The notes beneath the pieces were generated by a model, which worked only from the letters and a program-made list of their open reading frames with translations, was not told the DNA's origin and ran no database searches. DNA of 63,981 nt, filler included, from Choristocarpus tenellus KU-1152 (taxonomy: Eukaryota > Protista > Phaeophyceae), in the NCBI GenBank assembly GCA_964200185.2. It is 15 parts of 15 records of this genome, joined end to end, with 100 filler letters (N's around TTAATTAATTAA, not from the genome) between each part and the next. Parts side by side here need not be neighbours in the genome. Positions count along the whole stretch, not along the records: positions 1 to 6,660 come from CAXNAD020007625.1; positions 6,761 to 13,322 come from CAXNAD020007865.1; 13 more parts are not named here. One strand, 5' to 3'. This document shows positions 1 through 11,978 of this stretch, piece after piece; position 1 is the stretch's first letter; every line of letters starts with the position of its first letter. The position numbers were made by a program, and so were the translations under genes.

Positions 1-993
1 GGGGGGGGGGGGCAGAGGGGAAAAAAAATGTCAGTTACAATCATTTCATGATACCAGTGGGAGAACATTCTCAAGGCAACCAGAGGATAAGAAATTGGGC
101 CTTGGCCAGGCAAGGAGTTTAATGCATATGGCCAACAACAGAGGAATTTTTTTTTTTAATAGGCTGAAATATATTTCGACCAATTTTTTTTTTTTTTTTG
201 ATCCAGATGTATTTACACGGGGTTTTGGCAATTGAGCAGCCTGTGAGTGCAGTGGCGCTTGGGAAAAATATGCATAAATATATAAAAATGCATAAATATA
301 TAAAAATATGCATATATATATTATAATATGCATAAATGTGATTGGTATTGATGCATATATATAGAGAGAGAGATGTTTGTGTGAATGTAAGCATGTGCAT
401 GAATATGAAACGGAGAATTGGGGTTTTCCACGAATGTGTATTTTGGCGTGTCCAAGAGTCATCTCCCATGCACAGCAAAATGCCTTATTCTGTAGTCAGA
501 AGGAAAAATTAAAAAAAAGGTGCATACGGAATTAATTCATCCTTACAAAAAAAAAAAGTATCCACAAAAAGAGAGTCAGGTCATATGAAATGGAGAAATA
601 AGGATATGGCTTCACATCGAGAAATTTTGAGGATATTTTTCTTTTTATCAGGGTGCCGAAAAAAGAAAATGGCTCCGTTCCAACAGGGTTTCTACATTCA
701 TCCATCTGGAGTGGGAAGAAGAGAAGAGCTGGGTTGGCGGAAGTAAGCTGCTATCACAGGATATCTGGACAAAAGATCACCCATCATGCCTGCAACAGAA
801 TAGTCGTTGAGCTTTTTCGATACAGAGCAATTTGTGCAGCTCCTGAGCAATCTACTGCAGCCCAGAGCTCAGGAACCACCGGGAGGCCATTCAAATCTTG
901 TACAACACCAAAGCAGCTCTAACCAACATGAAGACGTTGAATTCATAATGACACAGAGCAGTGGAGTATCTCTTCTCTTCCTTTTCGAAGCCA

Positions 994-1016
994 AGGGTTA
1001 GGGTTAGGGTTAGGGT
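994..1016 (+). repeat. Interstitial telomeric repeat (TTAGGG)~3.5
   Basis: AGGGTTAGGGTTAGGGTTAGGGT read directly. Confidence 0.9.
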
Positions 1017-1082
1017 GAAGACCAAGGGCATCCATACCGCCACTGCCATCGTGTAAGATAGTGGTGTTCAACTCCTAACTTC

Positions 1083-1114
1083 AACCCTAACCCTAACCCT
1101 AACCCTAACCCTAA
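1083..1114 (-). repeat. Interstitial telomeric repeat (CCCTAA)5
   Basis: AACCCTAACCCTAACCCTAACCCTAACCCTAA read directly. Confidence 0.9.
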
Positions 1115-2820
1115 GAGGTGGATGCAGGAATACTACTGTGCAACTGTTGTGGGTGGGAAATATTATTGGAACTAGAATGTACATGTTCATGTAGTCATAT
1201 GTAGTCATAAGTAGTCATAAGTAGTTAGGGGGTGATACTGATGGTAACATGCAGGTTTTAATGCCTGATGGACAACAGCAGAAACAGTGGTAGGAGAACT
1301 CAATCAGTAGAACCACTGCACAACACTCCATTAATACGAGGGATGTCTCTGTGGCAGCAACATCCAAAACACCATAAAGTCGTGCAGTTGTACGGCATGC
1401 CAATAGAGGTGTCTCATCCCAGCCTTACCATAACTTACACAAACCCTAACCCTTCAGCAAGAAGAGGAATGCAGGGGACAGGGAACATTTCACGCAAGTG
1501 TAATAATTTTGCGACGAAAGTGTAGATCTCTCGTCCTACAGTGGATTCATTTGGTTTCACAGCGAGAAACAACTGCCATGAATCTATTCCAGAGTTGCTT
1601 GTGTTTGGAAGACTAGCCAATACGCAGCAGCAATTGGCAACTCATCCTCACACATATTGCATGGTGATTCACTAAGCTGGATACAGTGATATCTAGGGAA
1701 AATATAAACCCGAGAATAGAGGAAGCTTTTTTGGCTTGAGGTTCAGAGTAAGTGAAGGCAGTTACAGAATGGCAAGGTCTAGTCGCTACAGTCGCACTAA
1801 CGACATCAATAAATATACAACCAGTAGGGCATAGGGGAAGTGAGATGGACACTACACCAAGTCGAAACAATAGATCTAAGCCCAGCCTGACGCCCGCCAA
1901 AATCCGCTGGCGGTGAAGATTATCAGCGGCCATACTGGAGCAGGATAACGTATTGAAGTCGAAATCAGACGCTGGGTGAAAGACTGACTCGACAATATCG
2001 CCCAACCTGAAATAGTCAATAGGGGTCTAACTTCGTTGCGAAAATGCTGGGTTCCTATCGTACTTCGTACTTTGAGCTTTGTGGTCTTCCATGCTACCTA
2101 CTTGTAATTGGGCGACATCCCTGGGTTGGGTTGGATGAGATATCGAATCGATACTCAACAACAAAAGCGGGCGGATATCCCACTGCGGAAGTTTCCAGGT
2201 ATAGCACAAGCCTGAATTATGTAGCAGGTGGGCAAAATACATTCCTATCAAACGTCAAGTGATGCATACACCTAGCCATTTACAGCTTCCAGTCCAACCC
2301 AATAAGCCAGCAAATTTGACCCACCTGTAGCGAACGATAATGTAGAACGATGCCTCAAAGCAGGACCTATACGGCGCCAGATACCAGTAGTGACAGTTTG
2401 AGGTACCGCCAGTCTCAGTGCCCTAGAGTAAGGCATCGTGAGTAGCAAGACTTGTAGAGACAGTCCACAGTGACTTCAATCTTTAGTCTTCAGCACCTGC
2501 AACTCGTGCATGTATGCCTGCCTGGTACTCTAAGTGTCTCCCTCCACCCAAGGAGCCCTATCGCAGCACAATCTTTAAAGTAGTTCCCAGAAATACTAAG
2601 TGTAAATGAGAAGGAGGTGGAGGACGATCAGATGATGAGAAGAGGATCAACTGAAACTAAACATCAGGATACAAGGATACATCAATATGTTCAACACTTG
2701 ATCTTGAATATGGATGTGTATTCTTTTTTATATATTGCCCACTGACATTTTCCGCATGTGTCGGGGGGAAACCAATGAAACTATATACACGTCAGTATAA
2801 GCCCTAAAGAATTATAAGGT

Positions 2821-3516
2821 CATAAATGTGAAAGACACTAATCCACTGTTGTTGTACTATTGCCTTCCTGTGTCTCCAATCTACCTATACCTGTACCTCG
2901 GGGGGAGAAGGTAGGGAAGCATCCCAAGAATCCAATAAACCCCTCCGTGCCCATCTCCCTGGTGATTCCAGCTTAAAACGCATGACACGTCTAGACAGTG
3001 CCAATTGCGTAGTTAGCGAGACAATTTGGCGTAGCCAGGATTTGAATACTCCTTTTCCTGCTATACCCTCCCGCCCCTGCCCCCCCTTCCATGTGAGTAG
3101 CCAGCTCATCCAGGGAGCATTCAGCTTGCTTGCCGAGGCGCCCGAAAATTTCCACCACGAAGTTGTTGAGGTTACAACTACGAGATCAAAAGAGCCCTTG
3201 TAGTGGGTGCACTTTCACGCCTCGGCTGCAGTAGCAGCTAAACCAATGCTGGTGGATGAGTGTGTGAAGTGGGAGGTTGCCTGTACTTCTGCGAATGTGA
3301 CATCTAGCGGAAGGCCTTTGTCCCTGTGTAGGGGGCTATTCCAGCGTCCGCCAGTGCCCCTGCATGGAAAACTAGATCCATGCGGAGATTCCTGTCATCT
3401 GTGAAAGGGCTGCCGTCCTCCGTAGTCCATGGGATGCCCGTCCCCTTGCATAGTTGGTGCAGGCGTTTCACCATTGGAGTGTGCTGTCGCACCTGTCCCC
3501 CTGCCCTGGGGCAGTT
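2821..3516 (-). mobile_element. 3' fragment of an RLE-type (CRE-like) non-LTR retrotransposon, frameshifted
   Basis: Minus-strand frames give CPRAGGQVRQH (zinc-knuckle half), PFTDDRNLRMDLV, LDVTF, AATAAEA.K..HY and FVVE.FGRLGKQA..LDELATH, the motif order of the restriction-like endonuclease. A close DNA paralog lies at 62700-63055. Confidence 0.8.
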
Positions 3517-4568
3517 TAAATTAATGTTTCTTACATTACTTTTGAAGTAATTTTTTTCATTGGATGTTGAACCCTCTAACCGAACCACAACCTGTCCTCT
3601 TTTCGCCCTCTATAACGTTAACACAAAAATGTCTTACTGGACCTCGACCACTGGAACTCTTTCCACCATTTGTGGAAATCTCTATACATACTTTCTTTTA
3701 ACCTCTCTGATGTGATTCACTCCACCAAATATTATCACTAACAAGAGCCAGCAATGAACCAACCATACACCTGCAAACAGTAGGCATGTAAGCAATTCAT
3801 AGTCACAAGGTGGTGTAATGGCTCATACGCGCTTATCACGTTCTGATGGCATCATCACTGGTGTGAAACAGGGTCAGACCAAATCCAGGTCAACCTCTGC
3901 GAGGGGCTACTCCGTTCTTGAACATCGCGCATGGTCAGGCAAGACCACCCACCTCATACACGGGAAGGTGCTCCTTTTGTGAACTCTCCTTCAGTATGCA
4001 CATGGATCGAGTGGTCAGGTTTTTCACCAAACCTGATCTATATAGCCTTAAGCGTTGTCTAGACCCTCACCCAGACGAATGGAGGCGACCACAAGGTAGT
4101 CGGATGACAGAAAGACTAGGACGGACCACCGCCAAACAGTGGACAGTAGAGTAGGGGGAAGTTTGTTCTTCCAAATATATGGCGCTGCCTGATGTGTTGG
4201 AGGAAGGAACTCGAAAGACTACAGAGCAGGCCTACACGCAACGGGTGTGTGGTCCCTCGCAACCATTCGATCTCAGGCATCATCAACTGTATTGGTATTA
4301 TAATGCTCCAATATCCACCATTATCCACCATTCTCATAAATATAATAATGTTAAGAATGGGACACGAGGCAAAGTTCACACGGGGGCAGTCAAGGGTCAA
4401 AGTAGCCATTACCTGAGATATTTGCCCTTAAAAAACACTACTACTACATAGTAGGTACTAAGGACTAATTTTGTAATACTAGTTATTGTTAAGTGAAAAC
4501 AGAAAAAGTACAAACACCTAATTCAAGAGGGGGAGCACAAGAAAATCAAGTGCCATTGAAAATGTATA

Positions 4569-6299
4569 CTTCCTCCAATTGGAAATAAAAGTAATAGAAC
4601 TTTTGCAAGCTCTGTTCTCTCCCAGGAACAGCCCAAGTGATAAACCTTCTAGGCGAGACTTAGTTTTCATATAGAATCGAGGAGTGCAAAGTTTGAGACG
4701 GTGGGCTGTCATGACTGTGGAGGATCACCAGCACAAAGTCGACCAAGTCGCATTTGAGAGGATTCGTAAACTTCGCGAAACTGTCAAAGTGGATGTTTAT
4801 TGGGGTGCCTGGGACAAAGGCCCCCCATCATTTAAGGAGGTGACAGCGGCCATCGTGGAGAACTTCGGAATTTCCTGAATCACTATGTTCCGTCATCTGG
4901 AAGAGTATGATAGCCAGATCGAACGTGGTGAATGCTGGACCTTGTGTGACGTTGTTAGGAGTGATGCGGTCACCATACAAGTATCCTTGACGTTTGGGAT
5001 GTTCCATCGGTACACCTCACATCCTTCCACAAATGGGTAACCAAAGCTGGGGTCTTCCCTTGCGACTCAAAGTATCAAAAAGGGTAGGGCCGTGTCCGTT
5101 TGGGGTCCAAAACCCAATGTTGCGATTTTGATATATCTTTGGCTATCGTATTTGTTAGGAAGTGTCAATACCCTTGCTCCGGACACATCTTTCAATGTCA
5201 TACACATTTTAGGTAACTGTGTTCAAACAGAAAACCGAACAAGGACATAAAAAACCGTGGGAAACCAAGCCCCAAACAGACAAACAGGGCAAAACTGTTA
5301 CCCAATAAATTTTTGTTGGGTCTTCCCTTGTGGGATCTATGCAAATGCAAGAAAGTGAAGGTCAAGTGGTGGATTAAGCCAGTCCTCTCAGACCAGCAGA
5401 AAGTTAACAGGGTGGGTTTCGTCATCAGTCACATACACAGGAGGGGAGAAAATGGGGGATTAGAGGGCAATCTATATGACTGGGCACATGTGAACGAGAA
5501 GTGGTTTACACCCTCAGAGCTGGGCAAGGTGTTTTGATTATTCTTTTTTCTCTGGTGGCCTCGCCACCACTTAGACCTCGAGTTAACTCTACACTAAGTG
5601 TATTTGACACCCAACTGGATACAATATATCCACAGTAAAAACATCAACAAAAGCCTTCTTCACAACGTGACAAGCCTCTACACAGAGCATGAATCTCTTC
5701 CTTTAATGTACCAAAGAATACCCTACATCACTGTACCAGAAAACCTCTGACTGTGCAAAGCATGTCACTAGGTTCATCAGCATGAATCCAACAGTGTTTC
5801 ATTGCACTACGACACTCCTTCACCAGAACCAACCTGCCACCGTACAAGAGCACAATTCGTTCAATCCCAGGTTTCAACAAGGGGTGACCAACACAGAGAA
5901 TCTGGTGGAGGCCACAATGGAGGCGTTCGATGTGTACCCACGGGAGACACTAGAGCACGTCTGGCAGAGCCTAATCGAAGTCTGAGGTGAAGTGTTTAGG
6001 TCCAAGGGTGACAACGTCTTCAAAATTCCCCATCTTAGCAAGGAAAGGCTGAGAAGGCGACCAAGCTCCCCCAAATGCCCTAATGGATGCAGTGAAATAC
6101 CATGCTGGAATGGAGTTTGGAGATCTTCAGGGGAAGAATCATTGATATGTGCAGGCTGCCCCATTTTGCTTGAGATTTTGATGGGCAAAATTGTAGTGTC
6201 TATGCAATACACACAAAAAAATATGAACATGGGAAAAAAATCTTGCGTCTTCATCTTGGCTGCAAAGGTTATGGTACATTTATTTACAAACGGAGAAAG
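4569..6299 (+). mobile_element. Decayed DD39D plant-type mariner, copy 1 (MITE inserted, catalytic core replaced)
   Basis: TA|CTTCCTCC...GGAGAAAG|TA termini; peptides DWAHVNEKWF and KGDNVFKIPHLSKE; collinear with the copy at 14046-15809. Confidence 0.85.
5064..5322 (+). mobile_element. MITE family 1 (subtype b) nested in the mariner
   Basis: Matches the family consensus (TCAAAGTATC...GGGAAACCAAGCCCCAAACAGACAAACAGGGC) and interrupts the transposase frame. Confidence 0.85.
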
Positions 6300-6660
6300 T
6301 AAATACGTATTTGTGTTAAAAAATGTTTTTCTATGTGATGAATCCCAGCCTAACTGACAAAGAAAGTCAGACGAAGACCCACAAAAGGATAGATCCCCAC
6401 AGAAAAGTGTTGTTGCATCATTTTGCCATGGTCTTGACCTTAGCCCTTCATAACGACGAATCGAGTGATTCAGCATGCCTGAAGACCTTACACAAAAACG
6501 CCATAGTGTCTTTTTTTTGTCCCACATGCCAGTACTCCATACAGTACCTGCCCCGATTTTGTTCACCCATGGGTATGCCCTAAAAAAGCAGCACAGAATC
6601 TATATGGTATAATATCGATTTTGTAGTAATTAGGTTTAGGGTTAGCTGGGAGATCAATCG

Positions 6661-6760
6661 NNNNNNNNNNNNNNNNNNNNNNNNNNNNNNNNNNNNNNNN
6701 NNNNTTAATTAATTAANNNNNNNNNNNNNNNNNNNNNNNNNNNNNNNNNNNNNNNNNNNN
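6661..6760. other. Artificial contig spacer N44-TTAATTAATTAA-N44 (first of 14)
   Basis: Identical 100-bp spacers also at 13323, 16351, 19755, 24169, 28037, 31171, 34247, 40161, 45298, 48049, 51944, 57785 and 61018. The core gives stop codons in all six frames. Confidence 0.99.
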
Positions 6761-6764
6761 TAGT

Positions 6765-6886
6765 GAAGGGGAGGTCGCCCTGGTTGGTCATCAGATGTGG
6801 GGGGTGACTGGAAATCAGTGCCGAAAGGGGTTCACCCTGGTTGGTCATCAGATGTGGACGGTGGCTGGAAATCAGTGGCGAAGAGG
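6765..6886. repeat. Tandem repeat, 57-bp unit, about 2 copies, at a contig start
   Basis: CCTGGTTGGTCATCAGATGTGG recurs at 6779 and 6836. Confidence 0.8.
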
Positions 6887-6901
6887 TCGCATTGTGTGTT
6901 A

Positions 6902-9025
6902 CACTAAAGGACAAGATTGTGTTATCCCCATAACACTGTTGATGAAACCATATGCAACTCTATGTAGTGGCTATAAGACTCCAGTTCGAAACGTATACAA
7001 TACTGTGTTATTCCCCGTAGCACCTCCAGACCAAGTCATGTGAAACGTATGTTACGTGCGTAACAGTTAGCGAAATGTTAACATATTGTGTTATGAAAGT
7101 GAAATGGTGTCCAAGGTGCGAAATAATGTCTGGTTGATCTGGGGTCCTACGGGCAAGCCATAAGTGTCATGTATGGGGTTTTTTAAGTGGAGTGTTATTG
7201 GCATAACACATTGCCTTGCATGTTTTCGTCTTCATTTGTATGGGCATAAAATAGTGTTATCATTCTAATGTATTGCATAACATAAATCTGATGTTGTATT
7301 ACTAACATTATGACATATCGTAACACTTATTGAAATATTCCACACTGGACCCGCGGCTTTGGTGCTTTGATGAAAGACAATGAATAGCTTGATGTAGATA
7401 TGCAAAGTTAATATTAGAAGGGGCTGGTGGTCTTGATTCCGCTGACTGACTATGTGGGTAAGACTATAGCCTAGACTACCATTATTATTTCTATAGTGTG
7501 GGGTTTGTAATCGTCCACACTAATTTACTATGAATCACTTATTTACTTGTCTTAAGTATGGAAAGCGTTTCATGAACATGATACAAAAATCAAACACTAT
7601 GAGTCAGTACGTATAATATATCTGTCACTGGCTCTCCATCCTATTATCTAATCCACCGGTGGTGTCTATGTGTATCAGCAGCACTATCTACGAACAACAC
7701 TGTGTTAAATATCAATTCAATATCGCACATACATGATATTTATTGTTGTAATGTAACATAACGGTGAGTGTACTTATATGTATGTCGATTTATCTGAGAT
7801 TCACAGCATGATTACAAACAAGGAAAGGATAGCTTCATCAGCTTTTGCCATGACACATCACCATAGAACAAGAATTACACACCTTGGTCAGTGTAACACT
7901 TTTAAAACGCTACTTTAACGATTTTTGTTAGCATATTACAAAATTTCTTGTACATACGATATCTCACGTATCTTTGGGTCTGAGGTTTTCTTGGCATATC
8001 ATAGTGATACTATGTTCTAGAGCGAAATGTACTCGGGACTTTAATCCAAACTTCGACTTTTTTTTCAAAATCGACCATTGACCCAGCACGAATGCCTTAT
8101 TCGATTCTTTCCACCTACCTACAAAGTAATTTATTTTGCGGTAGGGAACTAAATCGTTTTCAGGTTAGGGTTAGGGTTAAGGACGCCGTGAAAATAGACA
8201 CCTCCCTCTTCGAGCACAACCCAGATCGACACCTCCCTTTGGACCACGTTAATGTCCACACAGTGCTAGATATGCAGTACAGATCATCGTCAGGAGATGA
8301 ACCACAACACTACAGTCTGTGCCCAAGGGAGGCATGCTGGTTGTGCAGCTCAACAAGGGGGTTATTTTTTCGTTTATATAGGATGCATGCACCCTAACCA
8401 TAACCCTGAAACATAGGGCCCTATGGAATCCATATCTTGAATCCATTAATCATTAGGCATACTTGAGATAATAATTCCATGCGCGTGCTGTGCAACACGC
8501 GATCAATTTTATCTTCTTGGAGGTGAAGCATATACACGGGAGGTTTCTACTACAACAGGCAATGCGTAATTGCATTCTCGGAACTCCCACAGGACTTGAG
8601 AGAAGCCCTATCGACCACTTTGAATGTATCATTATCAACAATAAGAAGTGGACCTTCTCTGGCAACAAATACATAGGCAAGCCCTTGCGCACTCGTCCTG
8701 GAATTGCTAAAGTGAATCCTTGGAATGTTGTGTTACGGCACAACATAATGGGGTGGTACCACAACACTTTGGAGAGAGTTAAGTCATAACATTATGTCGA
8801 AAGATACCACAATATTTGAACACAATATGTTGTGTTATGGTGTAATGTACGGTATTGTGTAAGAATAGCAATATGTGAATGTTTTGGGCTGGAGTGCTAT
8901 GAACGTAACACAGTGTTTTGTATGTTTTGAACTGGAGTGTTACAGGTAGAAACATAGTGTTGCGTATGTTTAGACTGGATTGATACGAGCATAGTATCGC
9001 ACTATTTATGTCTTCCCCTCCAGTG
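6902..9025. mobile_element. Non-autonomous DNA element with long (~130 bp) imperfect TIRs and CACT...AGTG ends
   Basis: Left CTATAAGACTCCAGTTCGAAACGTATACAATACTGTGTTA matches the reverse complement of the right arm (CTGTAACACTCCAGTTCAAAACATACAAAACACTGTGTTA). TGTGTTAT/ATAACAC motifs are reiterated subterminally, and TA flanks both ends. Confidence 0.55.
7328..7696. mobile_element. Solo LTR with a 5-bp target-site duplication
   Basis: T(A)TTG...GAACA ends, perfect ACACT on both flanks, and a highly similar copy at 19974-20340. Confidence 0.85.
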
Positions 9026-10553
9026 TAATGAGCGTAACATATTGTTGAGTCTTGCTTCAAGCAAAGTCATAGAGGAGGAAATGACCAACTTGCTGGACAT
9101 GTGGCAATGTAAGGCAGGGAAAGTCACATCTGATTGTTCAAGTATATCAATCAATTGCTCGTCCAGTGGTATGTCTCTGTCGACACCGATGTATGGGGAG
9201 CAGCAACGAAAAATATACATTTTTGCTTATTTAAAAGTAAGGCTTGATACTCTTCACCAGTTGAACAAGGCTTAGCAACTTGTCAAAGAAAATCTACGAG
9301 GAAATTTCCCTAGCAAGAAAAGTAGAAGAAAATTTCACATTTGTCTTCAAAATTACCCAATCATTGCTTATCCTAGGGAACACCTTTTTGGCCAGGAAAG
9401 GGTGGGAGCATGCAGTACCGTAAAAAAAAGACTAAAATCTCTGTTGAAGAAAGCTTGGTAATTTCAGTTGGAGAAGGCTTGGCATTTTCAGTTAGATAGT
9501 GGTGCTTGGGATGATGCTTCTCCTCCTGTTGTTGTCTCTGTTGGTCCTAAGGTCACTCCATCCAGCTAAAGTGACAACTGCTAAAACGCATGTGGGCTAT
9601 AGTGTTAGGGATGGGCCATCTATGGAGGTAAACATGGTAGTCCTTTTCTCCTAGAAACAGGAACCAGTCGTTCCAGTCGACATGGTCTATGCGTTGCCTC
9701 ATGCAGCTGCCGCCGCACCTCCAACTGTCTTTTTCTGCTGCCAACGATGCCTCTGAAGGTGAGGCATTCAACAATAATCGTTAAATGTGTCAACCATTGT
9801 TAACAGGAGGTCGGAACCAAGAGAACAGTAAGTCAAATATGCAGGAAAAAAGGGGCATGATATATGACAAAATGTACTTTTTTGTTCCCTAAAGAAGTGA
9901 CAAATATCGATGTTGAAAAGACAAATATCAATGTCGAAAAGCAGCTGACATCGCTTGTTTCAAAACATTGAAGATAATATATCAAAGTGGTACACCTTGG
10001 ACGGCCTATCAAAAGTTCCGATCCGATCTAAACGGGGTTGGCGAGGTCAAGTTTTTTGTTTTTCGTGAGCTTCAATCCTCTTGTGACTTGGGAGAATCAA
10101 TCTGTTTTGAAGATTGAATCAAACTGAGTAGGGAGGTATTCACAATTGTATTATACGAACCCCCAGAAATGGAAAAATGTGTATCTTTGTACATTATGAG
10201 GGGGGCTGTTCCTCATTTTTTTCCCCCTCTGTCTCTGCTCCACAGGGACAATTTCGTTTTTGAGTGCTTCTATTGTGCATGTTAAATGTTGAGAATAGGG
10301 TTAGGGTTATTGCACAGAGTGAACAAAGGCTTGAAATGCAAAATGTTCAAAATACTTCTACCTCTTGGTCAGTGCAGTGGCTAACAGTGATTAACCCTAA
10401 CCCTGCAAAGCATATGAACAATATGTTGGTGTCTTCAAATTGTTGAAATTCGTTGGGAAGAAACCTCTTATCGGAGTGATTCATACTCACAAGCCAAGAT
10501 GGAGCGTCTCACTCACCACATTCATACTCACATGTATTACTGGGAGTGACAGT

Positions 10554-10848
10554 TCCCCAAAGCTTTTAAGAGGGTAGGGACGTGTCCGTTAAGGGTCATA
10601 AATCCAATGTTGCGATTTTGATGTAATTTTGGCTATTGTGTTTGTTAGCAAGTGTCAATATCCTTGTTCCAGACACACCATTCATAATTGTGTACATTTT
10701 ACCTATTCCGAAACATTTCGGAGTAGCTAACTGTGTTCACACAGAAAACCGAAAAAGGGCAAAAGAACCACTCGGGAAGCCAAGCCCCAAACGGACAAAC
10801 AAACAGAACAAACAGGGGTAAATTCTACCCTCTTAAATGCTTTGGGTC
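10554..10848 (+). mobile_element. MITE family 1 (subtype b)
   Basis: TIRs CCCAAAGCTTTTAAGAGGGTAG / CTACCCTCTTAAATGCTTTGGG plus the internal family consensus. Confidence 0.85.
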
Positions 10849-11185
10849 AGTACGGCAGTGATGACCCTCTCGAAACATCATCAAACGTCTATGAGGTGGT
10901 ACATCAGTTCAGATATAATTCTAGACAAGTTAGGGATAAACTTTTTTCAAATCACCTGTCTTGAGCAGTGTTACCAATACTTAACATCGAGGGGGCAGTG
11001 GAGGGTATATATCATCCCATTGATCCAATTGACACAGAAATCATTTTAATTGGTGAAAGCTGTTTTTCAAACACATGTATCCTATTTCCCAGAACAATAC
11101 GAATCTTATTGATCTCATTGTATCTCTTTCTTTGGTGCTACATGCCAAAAGAGCAAGAACGAAAAGAATCCAAAGATCCAACAAG

Positions 11186-11217
<32 letters not shown>
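11186..11217. repeat. (ATT)n microsatellite
   Basis: About 10 ATT units. Confidence 0.95.
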
Positions 11218-11218
<1 letters not shown>

Positions 11219-11227
11219 CTTTATTTA

Positions 11228-11437
11228 AGTCAAGATACTTTCGATTAAGTCAGGATGCGTTCAAAGAAGTTGAGATACTTTCTTTTTAGTCAAGATGCTT
11301 TCATTTTAGTCAAGATGCTTTCATTTTAGTCAAGATACTTTCACCTCAGTCAAGATACTTTCATCTTAGTCAAGATACTTTCATTTTAGTCAAGATACTT
11401 TCATTTATGTTAAGATACGTCCATTTAAGTCATGATA
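11228..11437. repeat. Minisatellite, 20-bp unit AGTCAAGATACTTTCATTTT, about 10 copies
   Basis: Strict 20-bp period visible in the sequence. Confidence 0.92.
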
Positions 11438-11978
11438 GGTAGACCCGATGTGAAAGTGATACTACTAGCAGAGAGAACCTGTATGGGAAATTTTTCAGGG
11501 CAAATGTAGCATATTGTCAAAATGAGAATATCATGCACATATTATCCACCATGACAAGTCCAATCCTGTACACGAAATTTTCCGCACCTGCTGCTACACA
11601 CACTCTGCAGGTCTGCGGCAATGCCAATATGTAGGCTGTTTTGATTCAGATCCCTTGTCCTCAACATGAAGACTGATTCCCGATTCGAAGAACTTGTTGC
11701 AGTGCAAATTGGTCTCTGCTTGTTTTCATATCTTGACCATGCCGGTCTTGTTGTTATTGTTGTTCATCGCAAAGACATTTGAGAACAATGGACGCGTAAT
11801 GTGGTCTTGTCAGTAGATCAGACACGGATGGAGAAGGTTATTCTCATATTACACTGCTGGCTGTCATACTTTGAATCAGAGTCAGAGTAAACGAGAGGTA
11901 CCCAGGTTTTGGTTGTTTTGAATATTAAGACAGTTTTTCGATCTTTCACGATTCAACCATATTTCTATAGATGAAGTT

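Noticed and set aside
46-478. 138-aa and 119-aa ORFs
   Set aside because: They translate AT-rich low-complexity ATAT/poly-T sequence
3808-3897. Possible tRNA-derived SINE head (TGGTGTAATGG A-box)
   Set aside because: No convincing B-box or cloverleaf
5874-6566. 230-aa minus-strand ORF
   Set aside because: Largely the antisense of the decayed mariner 3' end
6705-6716. TTAATTAATTAA palindrome recurring 14 times, as a possible biological motif
   Set aside because: Always centred in exactly 44+44 N, so it is an artificial six-frame-stop linker. ORFs ending in XXXLIN are artefacts.
9553-9774. Possible Harbinger transposase N-terminal remnant
   Set aside because: Only a vague W/RM pattern and no catalytic motifs nearby
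11228-11437. Possible CRISPR array
   Set aside because: Units are contiguous with no unique spacers, there are no cas genes, and the context is eukaryotic
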